64,000 nucleotides of DNA from Mobula hypostoma (taxonomy: Eukaryota): assembly GCF_963921235.1 (NCBI RefSeq), contig NC_086097.1, forward strand, positions 158,536,001 to 158,600,000. Reading direction: 5' to 3'. The translations under genes were made by a program, and so were the position numbers. Below, one piece after another: positions 37,325-51,760 of this stretch; position 1 is the stretch's first letter; each line of letters begins with the position of its first letter. Under the pieces are notes generated by a model. It was given only the letters and a program-made list of their open reading frames with translations, searched no databases and was not told where the DNA came from.

Positions 37325-40300
37325 ACTGTAAGACCATAAGGCTTAGGTGCAGAATTAGGCCATTCAGCCCATTGAGTCTGCTCCACCATTCTATCATGAC
37401 TGATCCCAGATCCCACTTAACCCCATACACCTGCTTTTTCACCATATCCTTTGATGCCCTGACCGATCAGGAAATGAACAACTTCTGCCTTAAATATACG
37501 CACAGTTTTGTCCTCCACCGCAGTCTGTGGCAGAACATTCTACTCTGTGGCTAAAATAAATCATCCTTACCTCTGTTCTAAAGGGTCGCCCCACAATTTT
37601 GACGCTGTGCCCCTTGTTCTGCATATAGCCAACAAAGGAAACTTCTCCTCCACATCCCTGCTATCTTGTCCTTTCAGCATTTGGTAGGTTTTAATGAGAT
37701 CCCCTGGTGTTCTTCTAAATTCCAGTGAGTACACATCTAAAGCTGCCAAACATTCCTCATGTTAACCCCTTCATTCCTGGAATCATCCTTATGAGCCTCG
37801 TCTGGTCTCTGTCCAATGACAACACATCCTTTCTGAGATATGGGTCCCAAAACTGTTGACAATGCTCCCAAGTATAGTCTGACTAGTGTTTTATAAATGT
37901 TCAGCATTATCTCCTTGCTTTTATATTCTATTCCCTTTGAAATGCCAGCACTGCATTTTTCTGTTTACCACAGACTCAACCTGTAAATTAACCTTCTGGG
38001 AGTCTTGCACAAAGACTCTTAAGACTCCTCTCCACCTCTGATGTTTGAACTTTCTCCCCATTTAGATAATAGTCTGTACTTTGTTCCTTTTATCAAAGTG
38101 CATTACCATACTTTTCCCGAAACTGTCTACCTGCCAATTTTTTGTCCATTCTTCCAACTTGTCCAAGTCTTGCTGCAATCACATTGCTTCCTCAGCACTA
38201 CCTGTCCTTCTAGCTATCTTTGTATCATCCACAAACTTTGCTACAAAGCCATCAATTCCATTATCTAAACAATTGACAAACAATGTGAAAAGTGGCAGTC
38301 CCAATACTAACCTCTGAGGAACACCACTAGTCACTGACAGCCAACCAGAAAAGGCCCCTTTTATTTCCATTCACTGCCTCTTGCCTGTCAGCCATTCTAT
38401 TATCCATGCCTGTATTATTTTGTAATGCCGTATGATATAATCTTGTTATGCAGCCTCATGTGTGACACCTTATCAAATACCTTCTGAAAATCCAAGTAAA
38501 TGACATCCATTTCCTCTCCGTTCTCTACCCCTGCCTGCTACTTTCTTGAAGAACAGTTTTGTTAGGCAAGATTTCCCTTTAGAGAAACCATGCTGACTTA
38601 GGCTTATTTTATCATTAGTCTCCAATTACCTCAAAACCTCATCCTTAATAATACTCCTACACCTTACAACCATTGAGGTTAGACTAACAGTCCTATAATC
38701 TCCTTTCTTTCGCCTTCCTCCTGTCTTTAACAGTGGTGTGATGTTTGCAGTCTTCCTGTCCTCCGGTACCATGCCAGAATCAAGTGATGCTTCAAAGATC
38801 ATGATCAATGCATCAGTTATCTTTTCTGCAACCTCTTTCAGGATTCTGGGATGTAGTCCATCTGGTCAAGGTGACTTATCCGCCTTAAGATCTTTGAGTT
38901 TGCCTAGCACTTTTTCCTTTGTAATGGCAATGGCACTCACTCCAGCTCCCTGGCACTCACGGACCTCTGGCATACAGCTAGTGTCTTCCACAGTGAAGAC
39001 AGATGCAAAGTACCAATAAGTTCATGTACCATTTCTTTGTCCCCTATTACTACCTCACCAGCATTATTTTCCAGTGGTTGAATATCAACTCTCACCTCCC
39101 TTTTACTCCTTATATAAGTGCAAAAACCTTTTGGTGTCCTGCTTTATGTTATTAGCTAGTCTGCCCTCATATTTCATTTTTTCCCTTCTTATGGCTTTTT
39201 TTAGTTGCCTTTTATTGCTTTTCAACAGCTTCTCATTCATCTAACTTTCCATTCACTTTTGCTATCTTATACTGTATGCCCCTTTCTTGGCTTGTATACA
39301 GTCCTTAACTTCCTTTGTCTGCCACAGTTGCCTACCACTGCCATTTGAGAACTTCATCCTCTGTGGGACATATCTATCCTGTGGCTTGTGAACTATTTGC
39401 AGAAACTTCAGCCATCATCCCCAACAGTCCTCCTCTAATCCACTTCAGAAAGCTCCTCTCTCATGCCTCTGTAATTCCCTTTATTTCATTGTGATATTGA
39501 TACATGTGAGTTATGTTTCTCCCTCTCAAATTGCAGTATGAATTCAATCATATTATGATTACTGTCCCCTAAGTGTTCCTTTACATTAAGCTCCCTAATA
39601 ACATCTGCGTTATTACACACACCCAATTTAAGACAGCCTTTCTCTGAGTAGGCTCAAGCACAAGCCACTCTAAAAATCCATCTTCTAGGCATTCAACAAA
39701 TTCCTTCTCTTGTGATCTGACACCAATCTGATTTTCCCAATCTCCTTACATATTGCCTCAGATGGATGAAGAAGTTTGGCATGAGTTGCCAGGTCCTAAG
39801 GATGTTCTTCTATAGAGGCACAATTGAGAGCATCCTGACCTGCTGCATTTCCTCCTGGTATGGGAACTGTACTTCCCTCAATCGCAGGACACTGCAAAGA
39901 GTGGTGCGGACAGCTCAACGCATCTGTAGATGTGAACTTCTCACTATTCAGGACAGAGACCAGTGCATAAAAAGGGCCCGAAGGATCATTGGAGACCTGA
40001 GTCACCCCAACCACAGACTGTTCCCGTTACTATCATCTGGGAAATGATACTGCAACATTAAAGCCTGGACCAACAGGCTCCGGGACAGCTTCTTCCACCA
40101 GGCCATCAGACTGATTAATTCATACTGATACAATTCTATTTCTATGCTATATTGACTGTCCTATTGTACATACTATTTATATCAAATTACTATAAATTAC
40201 ACATTCACATTTAGATGGAGACAATAACGTAAAGGTTTTTACTCCTCATATATATGAAGGATGTAAGAAATATATGTTAATTCAATTCAACTCAATATTG

Positions 40301-40600
40301 AAGTCCCCCATTGCAATTGTATCATTACCTTTATTACATGCCTTTTCCAGTTCCCTTTGCAATCTCAACCCCACATCATGGCTACTATTTGGAGGCCTAT
40401 ATGTGAGTTCCATAATGTTTTTTTTAAGACCCTTGCAATTTCTTAACTTCACCCACAAAGATTCAATATTTCTGACCCTATGTCACCTCTTTCTAAGATG
40501 TAATTCCGTCTCGTACCAACTGAGCCACACCACCACCTATGCCTTCCTGCCTGTCCTTTCGATACAAAGTATATCCTTTGATGTTAAACTCCAAATTGTG
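37325..40600 (-). mobile_element. CR1 ORF2 (endonuclease to RT) and 3' UTR, degenerate
   Basis: SGWLSVTSGVPQ..LFTLFVNCLD..AKFVDDTK; MVPEDRKTANITPL; endonuclease segment GDFN resumes after 40295. Confidence 0.85.
39756..40294 (+). mobile_element. Rex1 3' fragment with (AATTC)n tail and 6-bp TSD
   Basis: FYRGTIESILTCCISSWYGNC..HPNHRLF.LL.SGK; TSD atattg at 39750-39755 and 40295-40300. Confidence 0.85.
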
Positions 40601-40849
40601 CATGTCTGTAGATATTTAGAAAATTCAAGTTATAAAGAGAGTGAAAAGGATCTTTAAAGAGCTGCACATATTAGATTAAAAATTCATCATTGTGTCTAGG
40701 TTGAAGTTACAGGGTGAACAAGACAACCAGTGTTTGCATTTTAAAGCATAATCTGCTTTCACTAAAGCATTTGCAAGTTGTCTGGATTAACTGTCTTCAT
40801 TCTTTCTATTGAAGCCAGTCATATTGAACTTCTCGCATCAAATGTTATT

Positions 40850-41220
40850 TACTACTGTCTTCCCACTTCAGTGACTGTCTTTATCCATCTGTTAGCACCT
40901 CCCTAATGGGGTACACATTTCTGAATTTCGAATCATCTGCAAACTTTGAAATTATGTTCAATAACCTCAGGTCTAGGTCATAATAATATATACTATTGTC
41001 CCTTCCCTTGGGGATACTGCTGCACACTTCTGTACAGTTGATCATTATTTGCCATTGCTTTCTTAACCACTCACATATAAACACAGCCATTTCTGCTTTA
41101 ATCTCACAGAATTCAGTTTTGCTAGTAATGGCATTATATGCTACTTTATCATAAGCTTTAGAAAGCCCATTTATACAATCAAGTTCCCCAATAATCCTTA
41201 TCAGTTTCTTCCATTCAAAC
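40850..41220 (-). mobile_element. Ancient CR1 RT fragment
   Basis: SKAYDKV...ISKFADDSK. Confidence 0.6.
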
Positions 41221-43377
41221 ACAATTTGTTTTCAAGAATTCTCTTCACTGTTTTGATGGATTAAAATTTTTGATGAAGAAACAAAGAAGGCTGATAAGAA
41301 CCAGTGCAATTGATGCTCTGTAAATGCTTTCTCAAAGGTATTTGAGAAAACTTGTGATATAATTATTAGCACAGTTGTTAGATACAAATTGTCTACTTAC
41401 TTTCCACATTAAAGCATTCTAACTCAAAAGTAATTTATTGCAGTGAATCACTTGGATCATCCTGAAGTTAACGAAGTTGTTTGATGAATTTAAATGACTG
41501 CTTAGGCGGCTTTCTAATTTGATATGTTCAGTTGTAGATGGTACTGAGGCTTTCCAAATGTTTGAAACCACCATCTTTCGAAGTCCAAAAAAGATGTAAC
41601 CATGGCTGGGAAGGGCAAGGGGTGGGAGGGAAGTGAGGTGATATACTGTGTATGGGTCCAACAAAACCTGACAGTTATTCAGTCTGGATTCCTTCAACAT
41701 GCAGACAAGACCTAAATGTAACAGAAGGAGAAATGAGGTGTTTTAATTCATTGGGAGCTGATGATCTCATGTTAACTGTTGGCATCCCTATTGTTTTATG
41801 GAAAAGACAAATTAATTTTATTATTGATTTCTTGTCCCTGAACTAAACAAAATGAGGCACAATCATATTGTTATTGCTAAAGTAAGTTTATAATAGATGC
41901 TTTTGCTGCCTAAATAATTTCATGCTTGACTCTATACACACATCATTGTATGTGTCATGTTAAATTGAGTCAAAAATATGAGAACATCTGTAAAATAAAG
42001 ATTGTTTATTTTACGATTCTTATTGGTTAGTTTATTTGTTGAAGCTGCTGCTTAATTATGTAAAGAGGATATTCAGCCCAAATACTCCATGTGAGCCTGC
42101 ACCTGCTGTTCCTCACAACTCTGTCAGTATATCTTCTCCATTTACTCTCTAGTATTCATCCTCTTGAATGCATCATTGGTTATTTCATTCTACTAATCCA
42201 TGAAGCAGTGGTTCTTCTTGGCTTTTCTTGATCTCCTACTTGTTACTTCCACAACTATCTTAATTTTTTACACTCTTCTACTGATCTTTATGACATTCAA
42301 CTTATGAAATCCTTTAAAAATGTTAAAGATCCTTATTGTATCAGATTTTTCTACTCTTAGAAGACTGCATAGTTCTCATGACATCATTCTCAGTAAAGGC
42401 AACCTAGGAAAGTAGTAGAAAATCAGCCATCTTTACCAGGGGTCTGGAGTTAGAAATAGCCCAGAGCTGTTCGTAAGTTTCGATCCCAAAAGCGCAATAG
42501 TGAACCAGAAGTATTTTATAATAGTCCAGTATGGGCTTGTGTTTTTATGTTCCACACTTTTTAATATACTTAGTTTAAGTACATATAATTTATACAGTGG
42601 GATGTGGTGGAAATTGAAGTCATAACTCCAGGTTATTAGCTGGGATCTCTGTATGTTTGGAACAGTTTATGTGATGATCACACTGTTATTCCCAGTGCCT
42701 GGTGCATTAAAAAGAAGGCCACCCAATACTTCTCGAAACTGTTGACATTTTCCTGAGTCATTTAGTCTGCGATAGCCATGCTGTTGCCACCAGAAACTGG
42801 ACCAATTCTGCCCAAGTTAATTGTTTGCCTGTCATACTAATAATTTGACTGTCAATGATTCCTGAAAGTAGTGAGTAAAAGTTACAATGAAGTATAACAA
42901 AACCCTTGAACCAATCTCAGTTTCTTGCATGTAGAGTTTTAATTTGTACTTCTTTTTCCCACCAGCCTTTCACATAGCTCAAGGCATTGTCTACTTGTGG
43001 TATGGTGGAATGTACCTTTTCTTTGCCTGTCATCTAAATCAGAGATATCAGGAGGACATTCAACTGCTGAAAGTGTTACAGCTGAGCTAGCACAGACCTC
43101 AACCTGCAGGATGAATAGCGAGATATTTTGGTCTTCAATTCCAAGTTGCCATCCATTTGTGTAGGCTGTGGAATTCCTAGAAAACATCAGCTGAAATCAG
43201 CACAAAGAATTGACATGGGAAATTACCGATTAAGTGATCTATCCACTCACTGTTATCATTACCATCACCATTAGGGGAAGTCACGTGTATACTTACCATC
43301 TTGAATGTAGTGGAAAGGCCTGAGACTACAAAATCTGACCTCCTTCAGTGGCAGATATATGAACATGATGTGATGAA

Positions 43378-43830
43378 ATATCAGAGTCATACAGTCAAAC
43401 AGTATCTCAAGTCCACCACATTTATGACAACCTTTTTACCCACCTACACAAATTCCACTTGCTCACATTAGGTTAATATCCTTCCCCTCCTCTGTCATAA
43501 TTGAATCTAATTCCTCCAATTCCCCTGGCAGTACATTCCAGATATTAGCAGCTCTCTGTATAAGTAAAACTGCAGCCCTGAGGTCTCTCTTGAATGTTAT
43601 GTCTCTTACTCTAAAACTACCCTCTCTTGTTTTTCATACCCCTGCCATGGAAGAAGGTTCTGACTTATCTTCCCCTTATATGCCTCCCATTGTTTAAACA
43701 TTGGATAGGCTTGGCCTACAGCAAAAGCAGGCCAAGCCTATCCAAACTCTTTTTAACTAAATTTTTCCAAATTGGGTAACATGCCCGTGAACCCCCGAAT
43801 CCAAGCAATATCCTGGTGAAACTGCATGGA
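43378..43830 (-). mobile_element. Ancient CR1 3' end
   Basis: Antisense tail agagtcatacag..., ccctggcagtacattccagat, aatatcctggtgaa. Confidence 0.55.
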
Positions 43831-46374
43831 TGAGTGTAGCTATAATGTCAATAACACTATTTAGGGTCAAATAGCCTGCTTGATTGGCACCATCACTACA
43901 TCCAGCATGAATATTCACTCCCATCACCAACAGTGCATGACTAGAGAATGGACTATGTATAAAATTCTCTGCAATAAAGTGTAAAGATTTCTGGTTAACT
44001 CGTAACTTCTAATATCATGAAGATTGAGAGTAACAGGGTTATGGGACCTCCCAATTCAAATTCCCCATCATGATATAATTGATCCTTCACTTGGTTATTA
44101 TCATGGAATTACTGAACAACTGCACTCAGGGATAGTGTTGGTTAATTAATTATGGAATAATTAATTAAATATTGTAAGCAAAGTCCAGTCCAATTAAATA
44201 TTAAATCCTTACAATGTCTGTTGAGAATTAGACCTGTGCACATAAAATATAAAAACAACTTTGAAAAATAAGAAGTAATCTTCCCTTGGATTTGTTCTAC
44301 CTTTTAATAATTTTCCTTATAATTCATCATCAGATACAGTTTCCTCCTGTTTTATATATTATCACATAACAGCTAGCTAGCTACCTTGAATTTCTGCAAG
44401 AAAGCAAGTAGAATCATTGCTAGACTGTAGGCATCATTTTAATGGACAATTTTTACTGCTAAAGTACCATTCATGTTAATGTGTTTGGCAAATGGATCTT
44501 TTAGACATTTAAATAGTGTAGATGGAAGTTATCTTTGAAGTGAAATGTCCACATTCCTTATAAATACCCCATAGATTCCCCACCTAATCACTCCACACTT
44601 TCAGATGCATCATTTAATACTGAGATATTTTACAAATGGGCTGTTTGAAATTGCCCTTTATATCATTCCCATTAAAATTATCTCTTCCCTGATAGTAAAT
44701 GATGCCTAGATATGATTATTTTAAGCAGCTGATAATGCTATGTGCAACCTTGGATGATGAAAATTACTTATTGTTTAATTGAGATAAGAAGCTGCTGGAG
44801 TCTTCATGGCAGGAAACTGGTTTAAAATGCTGTTGCTTTACAATTAGTGAAAATATTTAGTTTACTATCAGCACCTCTACCCATATTTTGCTTGCAGTGC
44901 CACAGAGAATCCACTTCAAATGTAATTTTGTGTGAAGTGGTCTGGGACTTCAGGGGAATGTGAAAAGCAATATGTAAATGTAATGTTGTTAATCCTTGGT
45001 GATTGAGAAGAACTGGGACAATTAGAAGTGGGTTGAAGCATCAGTAAACAAACACCAGGCTCTGAGATTCAGTTCATTCCAGGTACAATCCTCATGAGGA
45101 GCTATTTGTGTGAGCCAAATAGTGCAAACAGGGGTATTGTTTCTAACACATTAGAAAGCAAGCTATTTCAAATTCATTACGATATTGCATTTGCCTTTAA
45201 ATATTTTTATGCACTATTCAATAACTGTTATTTTTATATTTTATGAAGGAAGGTTTTGTGATTATTGTGGGAAGAGTGTTCACTCATAAATTGGGCTGAT
45301 GTTAGAGGTGAGTACATTGATCCATTCCAAAGGATGCCTCATAACCAGAATCAAGTTTAGTACTAATGGGATGTGTTGTAAATATTTTTTGCGATACAAG
45401 CAATTTGTTCTCACGTTGGATTTAACCTTGCTTTTTGTGAAGAGGAGTAAAAGCAATGGAGAGCTGCCTTGATGTGTGAGTGAAACGATGCAGCTTGATC
45501 ACATTACCCCTGTTCTGTATGGTTGTGGAATGTCTTAATCTCTGAAAAAGACAACATTTTACATAGAATTGGTATTAAGCCAGTTTTGTTAATGGTATGC
45601 TCACAATTAATGACATGAATTTGAAAAGAAAATCATTAAAATTATACTCCCCTCCTTCTTCAAATAACAAAATAAAAATTAGGAATAAGAGGAAAATTAA
45701 AACTATTATTTTAAGTTATTTAATTCAAACTGCTGGATAATTTGATTGCAATATAAGAAGTCACTGGTACAAATCGAAAGCAATTGCTTCATTTATATGA
45801 CTGAATAATTCAATTACTTCATTTTGAATTAAAATGAATAACTGAATTATCAAGGGCAAGCTACAAGGTGTTATTTTTATATATCAGGATAACATATTTA
45901 AATTCTGAAGCAAGTTACCAGAGCAGGATATTGTAGTGGCCTATAAAAGTGAATAGAGAAAGGAACGAATTTCAGAGATGTGGTAATTGGTGAGAAGGTA
46001 GGTAAGTGATGAGGTGACTGTTTCAGAATTTGATTTGGTTAAGTCAGTATCTGTTTAAAATTATAGCATCTGGAAACACAGACTGAAGATCGGTTCCAGC
46101 TGAAATACTACGGATGATATTTGTCATGTTTGCAGATAATACGCAATGATATTCTCAAGAGAACAATGGAAGTTTATGCTGGTGTGACTTTATGCAGCAT
46201 AGATCTCAGCAGGAGACATTTCCAGAAAGTTTTCACTTTGCATGAACACTGGGAGATTGGTAGCAACTTGATTGACGCCTCAACTAACCTAACCCTGAAG
46301 GAAATGACATGCTGTAATGTAAAACTATGTCAATGCACAGAAAGGAAGTTTCTTATTTGAATCATTTTGAAGTT

Positions 46375-46520
46375 AGAGACATGACAGACTGGAGAGACTG
46401 GAAATTTAAAGCAACACAAAGGAGCTGGAGGAGCTCAGTGGCACAGGCAACATCGAAAGATGGAAATAGATGATGTTTCAGAGCGAGACTTTTCATCTGG
46501 ACTGGAAAGAAAGAAGGTAT
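46375..46520 (-). mobile_element. Penelope terminal-repeat fragment
   Basis: gctggaggagctcagtggcacaggcaacatc...gatgtttcagagcgagacttttcatctggactgg. Confidence 0.6.
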
Positions 46521-46524
46521 AAAA

Positions 46525-48228
46525 AATCAAGTTACAGTTTCAAAAGTAGCACTAACCTGCATTATGTTGATGAAAATTCTGGTAATGATGAGAGTGACAG
46601 AGTGACACAGAACTGAGTAGCTTGAGATTTACAATGTTAAAACTAACAATAGACAAGCAATATGGTTTACAGCAATTAATTAAAATGGAATTGGATGCTG
46701 GCACGGCTGTTTCAGTCATTACACAAAATGAGTTTAAATGTTGTTTTAACAAAACTGAACTGAAGTCTGCAGATACCCAACTAAGAACTTATACTGGAGA
46801 ACATATAACTCCTGTGGGAATGACATTCATAACAATGCAATACAACAACCAACAAGCCTCTTTGGGCTTGTATGTAATAAAAAAAAGACTGAAAGCGAAT
46901 TAAGGAAGGTGCTGGATGATGCCACAACTGTCTCCATGCCGAACACCATGGACTGTTGCCCAACAGAGGGCAAACAGCTGTTGGTGCCAACCTCTGTGCC
47001 TGTGGTTGGAAAACATATTGGATAAAGAAGTGACATGGCTGCTCAGAGGTAGTGTGAAAGCAGTGGTCCAACTACCACAGTTTTTGAAAGTTACATATCT
47101 GAGAAAGTCTCTGATATGTTAATTGGGCAATTACTTATGAAATGGGACTTGGTTTCAAGCTGGAAGAGAGTTCAAGGAGTTTCAGGAAACTTGCACGCAT
47201 TTGGCTTTTGTTAGTATGAAAACACAGAATCTGCTCTGCATGCATTAACGTTATTGCAAGAACTTCAAATGAGAGACAGAAAGCTGGTTGTAAAAGTAGA
47301 TGTAAAGATCGAAGCCCAGCTGGATGAATGGAGGGCCAAAAATAAAGGAGTCAATGGAGATACAAAAATAGGATTTGTCAGATAATGTTGTGGATGAAGA
47401 AACCCAGAGGAAGATCAGATTGTAAGGGGAGCAATAGAGGAATTAAGAGAATACTCTAGTGAGCTAAATAGACCTTTCCAAGATTAAGATGCACATCCTG
47501 GAAAGAGGAAAAGGGAAAAGAAAGAGGAGGATGACATACATGAAGTGTTGTAAGAACTGCTGAAGGGTCCCAGCCTGTAATGTTGACTGTTTACTCTTTT
47601 CCACAGATGCTACCTGGCCTACTCAGTTCCTTCTGCATTTTGTGTGTGTTACTTGGATTTCCAGCATCTGCAGATTTTCTCTTGTTTGAGGATGATGACA
47701 TTAGTGCAATGGAAATGGAAGAGGACAAGTGAGACATACTGTCACTTCTCAAGAAATTAGCAAATGAAGAGATACTCACAAGATTCTAGAAGGAGAAAAA
47801 AGATGGAGAGAAAGAATGTGCGCAAGGAAGAGAAAAGCATGAAAGAGATCAGGAACAGAGAGGAAAAGAGGACAGAGAGAGAAAGATGCCAGGACCAGAA
47901 GATAAGGAAGGATGAAAGTAGATCCAGAGCGAAGGAGAAGAAAGGTCTCCAGTGCTGTCAGAACCACTTCCTATAGTCTCAAAGTTTCTGGAGGAGGCCA
48001 CAAAACCTGAGATTGCTTCACAGCCACAAGTCTCACCTGCCAAGCAGAGTGATCCCCCTTGTCAGGAAAGGTGCTATCCCGCAAGAGTAAGAAAGCTTCC
48101 ACAGCGATTAAATCTTAGGCCTGAATGGGACAATTTTAAAACTACTATGCTGTGAAAGTCTGTATGGTGTGTGTATAGTTCAGATACGTTCTGTATTGAG
48201 TTGGAGTTTATTGCTAAGCAGGGAGGAG
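46525..48228 (+). mobile_element. Gypsy LTR-retrotransposon internal remnants (protease; pol C-terminus; polypurine tract)
   Basis: IKMELDAGTAVSVI..LRTYTGEHITPVG (aspartic-protease-like); ERCYPARVRKLPQRL; polypurine tract aagcagggaggag directly before TG; heavily deleted and interrupted. Confidence 0.7.
47555..47690 (+). mobile_element. Penelope terminal-repeat fragment
   Basis: ctgctgaagggtcccagcctgtaatgttgactg...gatttccagcatctgcagattttctc. Confidence 0.7.
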
Positions 48229-49089
48229 TGTTATGAATTCAATAGTTCAGTAATATTTAAGTAATATTGAAAATATATTATTTCAAGTCAAGTCAAGTCA
48301 CTTTTTATTGTCATTTTGACCATAACTGCTGGTACAGCACACAGTAAAAACGAGACAACGTTTCTCAGGACCATGGTGCTACATGAAACAATACAAAAAC
48401 TACACTAGACTACAGACCTACCCAGGACTGCATAAAGTGCACAAAACAGTGCAGGTATTACAATAAATAATAAACAAGACAATAGGCACAGTAGAGGGCA
48501 GTAGGTTAGTGCTAGTCTAGGCTCTGGGTATTAAGGAGTCTGATGGCTTGGGGGAAGAAACTGTTACATAGTCTGGTCATGAGAGCCTGAATGCTTCAGT
48601 GCCTTTTGCCAGATGGCAGGAGGGAGAAGAGTTTGTATGAGGAGTGCATGTGGTCCTTCATAATGCTGTTTGCTTTGCGGATGTAGCGTGTGGTGTAAAT
48701 GTCTATAATGGCGGGAAGAGAGACCCCGATGATCTCCTCAGCTGAGCTCACTATCCGCTGCAGGGTCTTGCGATCCAAGATGGTGCAATTTCCGAACTAG
48801 GCAGTGATGCAGCTGCTCAGGATGCTCTCAATACAACCTCTGTAGAATGTGGTGAGGATGGGGGTTGGGAGATGGACTTTTCTCAGTCTTCGCAGAAAGA
48901 GAGACGCTGCTGGGCTTTCTTTGTTTGAGTATTCTTGTTTTATAAATACTTTATTATGGATTATATATATAAATAATTGAATTGCATACGTTGTGACACT
49001 ACCTCACTTAAATTAAAACTTAAGTTGGATTCACATTTTGGTCTTTTCCTTTTAATTAGTTTAATGTGTTGGCGTTACAAAACGTAACA
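48229..49089 (+). mobile_element. Gypsy 3' LTR, split by Rex1
   Basis: TGTTA...TAACA termini, immediately after the polypurine tract. Confidence 0.7.
48284..48922 (-). mobile_element. Rex1 3' fragment with (GACTT)n tail
   Basis: DRKTLQRIVSSAEEIIGVSLP..LFSLLPSGKRH; caagtcaagtcaagtca tail. Confidence 0.85.
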
Positions 49090-50159
49090 GATACACCAGA
49101 AATATACCTCAGACATCAAGCTGTTCACTAGCCAGTGATTTAAGTTCAACCACTAAATTGTCATTCAAGAAGATAGTAAGAGATCAATTATCTCTTATCA
49201 TCTCTCCACTGCACGCTGGTTTTAATGATACTTTAACCAGTATGAAGCCAAGACCACCTTGTGAATACAAGTTCACACCACTTGTCTGAATTCAATTCAG
49301 GAGACTTCACATATAACACAGTTCATATCAATGTGAGTCAGTTCCACTTCACATCAATGCAAAATGTGACGAGGTTTGCTCAAACAATACTGTTGCAAGC
49401 AGTTTTATGCCACAAATAAGGACTTGCATTTACATTTATCTAATTAAAGTGGAATTGAAAGGAATTTCAGTTTATTTTTTTTTATTTTTTATGTTTAAAT
49501 TGCTTATTTTAATGCTGAAAAGGGGTGTAAAATAGTCTTTGCAGGACATTTCTATAGAACTAAGAACAGAAAAAAGAAGGGTATGTCCATCGAACCTACA
49601 GAATTCAACAGCTTCACCACAAACTGTGCAGATGTAGCAGTGGTGGTCTTAGTCCGAAAGCTGAAGTGAATATTTTTTTGCAGAATGCTTTATTTCATTG
49701 ACCCTTCATTTCAAGACTAGTTAATGTTTGCAATTTTTCAATGTTAATCTGCATTTCTTCTTGAAATTTTACAAGAATTGTTTAGGGGATATGAGCAGCT
49801 CTAGGCTGAACTACAAGAACATTTTAATTCTTGGTGTTACCCCTTTGGTTGGAAGAACTTGGTGCCAGTAAACAATACGGCCAAGAGATGGTTCATTAAA
49901 CAACTATTTCCACTTTTTTTTCCAAGTCTTTTTCGTTGAAATATAGTTCTGCTATCACTGAAGCCTTGATAGACATTCAGGTTGTGTGAGTTTTGGGCCA
50001 ATTGAGCAATCTGGTACTTTGCTGTCTCTGAGGGTGTTTCGAGTGAAGCATCCTGCCTAAAAGTCCAAGAAGCTTTGACACTGGGTATGAGCATATGATC
50101 AATTCCATTTCACTCCGATGTCGCTGATTCAAGCGCCAAGGGAGGTTGAAATCAACAAG

Positions 50160-50705
50160 GCGAGTATAGATGGCGAGCAGGCGTTCAGTGCCATCTCCCA
50201 TCCTCTAGCCAGAGGAAGGTATCGGCGTGTGATGGTCTCTCCCTCTCACTTGCTGCTTGCGAAGGGAGCTTCCTGTGTTTGATTGGTCCCTCTCTCTGTC
50301 AATGTGGTCGGAGGATGGTGTCAGAGTCCTGGGTCTTTAATTGGAAAGGTTTGTGGATTAGACTCTGGAGATCACATTGTGATGTGTTTCTGGATTCTGG
50401 TTGCTCCTTTTATTGTTGCTACTTTCGATGATTTTGAATTGGGGCAGCCTGCAAATAACGAACACTGAGCTGTACTGAATACGTATGCCTGTAGTCTTTC
50501 GATTTTGTGTCTTGTATTCTGTGTTTCTTACTTGTTTGTTTTGTTGCCATTTGTACAATTTTTGGCATGCTGGGGGGAGGTTGATGTTTATTCTTTGAAT
50601 GGGTTTCATTGTTTTCTTTGTTTCGTGGCAGTCTGAAGGGACGAGAAATCTTAGGGTTGTATACTGCATAAATACTTTGATAATAAATGTACTTTGAATT
50701 TTTGA
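50160..50705 (+). mobile_element. Non-autonomous retroposon with Rex1-type tail
   Basis: Begins tagatggcgag; ends ttagggttgtatactgcataaatactttgataataaatgtactttgaa. Confidence 0.6.
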
Positions 50706-51064
50706 TGGATCTTTGATCTGAAAAACAGATGCTGCCTGATCTGCAAGTTACATAAATGAAGAGGAGGTCCTCAATGTCTTGGTGAGATTAAAGGTGGATA
50801 AATGCCCAGGGCTCAATAAGATTTATTCCCAGCTGTGTGGGAGGTAAGGAAAATGTTGCTGAGATTTTTATATCTTCACTGGCCACAACTGGGGTATGAG
50901 ATGACAGGAAGGCAGCAAATGTGGTTCTCCTTTACAAAGGTAGTATGGAAAAGCCTGCTAATTCCAGACCCATGAATATTCCATCAGTAATAGTGAAGGT
51001 ATTCAGAAATTAATCTGAGAAGTAAGATTAATGATCACTTGGAAAGGCAGGGACAAATCAGAGA

Positions 51065-51760
51065 CACACACGTGACTGCAGATGCTAGAATGTGAAGCAG
51101 TACACAAAAAGCTGGAGGAACTTAGTCATTCAGACTGAGGGAAATGAACAGTTGATGTTTCAGGTTGAGACCCTTCATCTGGACTGAAAGATAGAGGGAG
51201 ATGGAGGGAAGAGGTGCAACAAGAGCTGGCAGACATTTACTGGATCCAAATTGGGGGAGGGGTAGGAAGATGGGGGAAGTGAGAAAGGCAATAGGGTTAG
51301 GAGCTAGGAGGGGATGGGTGGAAGAGATAGGTGGATGCTGAAGTTGGTGGAATCTGACAGGTGAGGGTAGAGCATGGAATCAAGGGAGGGATGTGGGGCA
51401 GGCAGATGGGAGATGTGCAGGAGGGGAACCAGTAGGAAGATGGGAAGATGGAGAGTACAAGGGAGGGGAAAGAGAATGAGTGTTGAGGGTCAGATGGATC
51501 AGGAGGAGAGAGAAACAAGGGGCACACAGGTAGCAGTTACTAGAAGTCTGAGAATTCCATATTCACATCATCAGAGTGTAGGCTACCCGGGGGAATATAA
51601 GGTGCTGTTCCTTGAGTTTGTGCTTAGCCTCTGCTTGGTAGTGGAGGAGGCTGAGAACAGACATATGGGTGTGGGAATAGGATGAAAAATTAAAATGGGG
51701 GCAACCCTGTGATCCTACTGGCCATAGCAGAGTGTTTAGAGATAGGTAATACTGGTGTTG
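51065..51760 (-). mobile_element. Penelope 3' fragment
   Basis: ctgcagatgctagaatg...cagttgatgtttcaggttgagacccttcatctggactg; antisense of EQHLIF..GSL. Confidence 0.75.

Noticed and set aside
42939..43187. Minus-strand 82-aa ORF with possible AG/GT exon boundaries
   Set aside because: No recognisable homology; splice signals could be chance
47764..47976. Lys/Arg/Glu-rich ORF
   Set aside because: Translation of purine-rich low-complexity sequence
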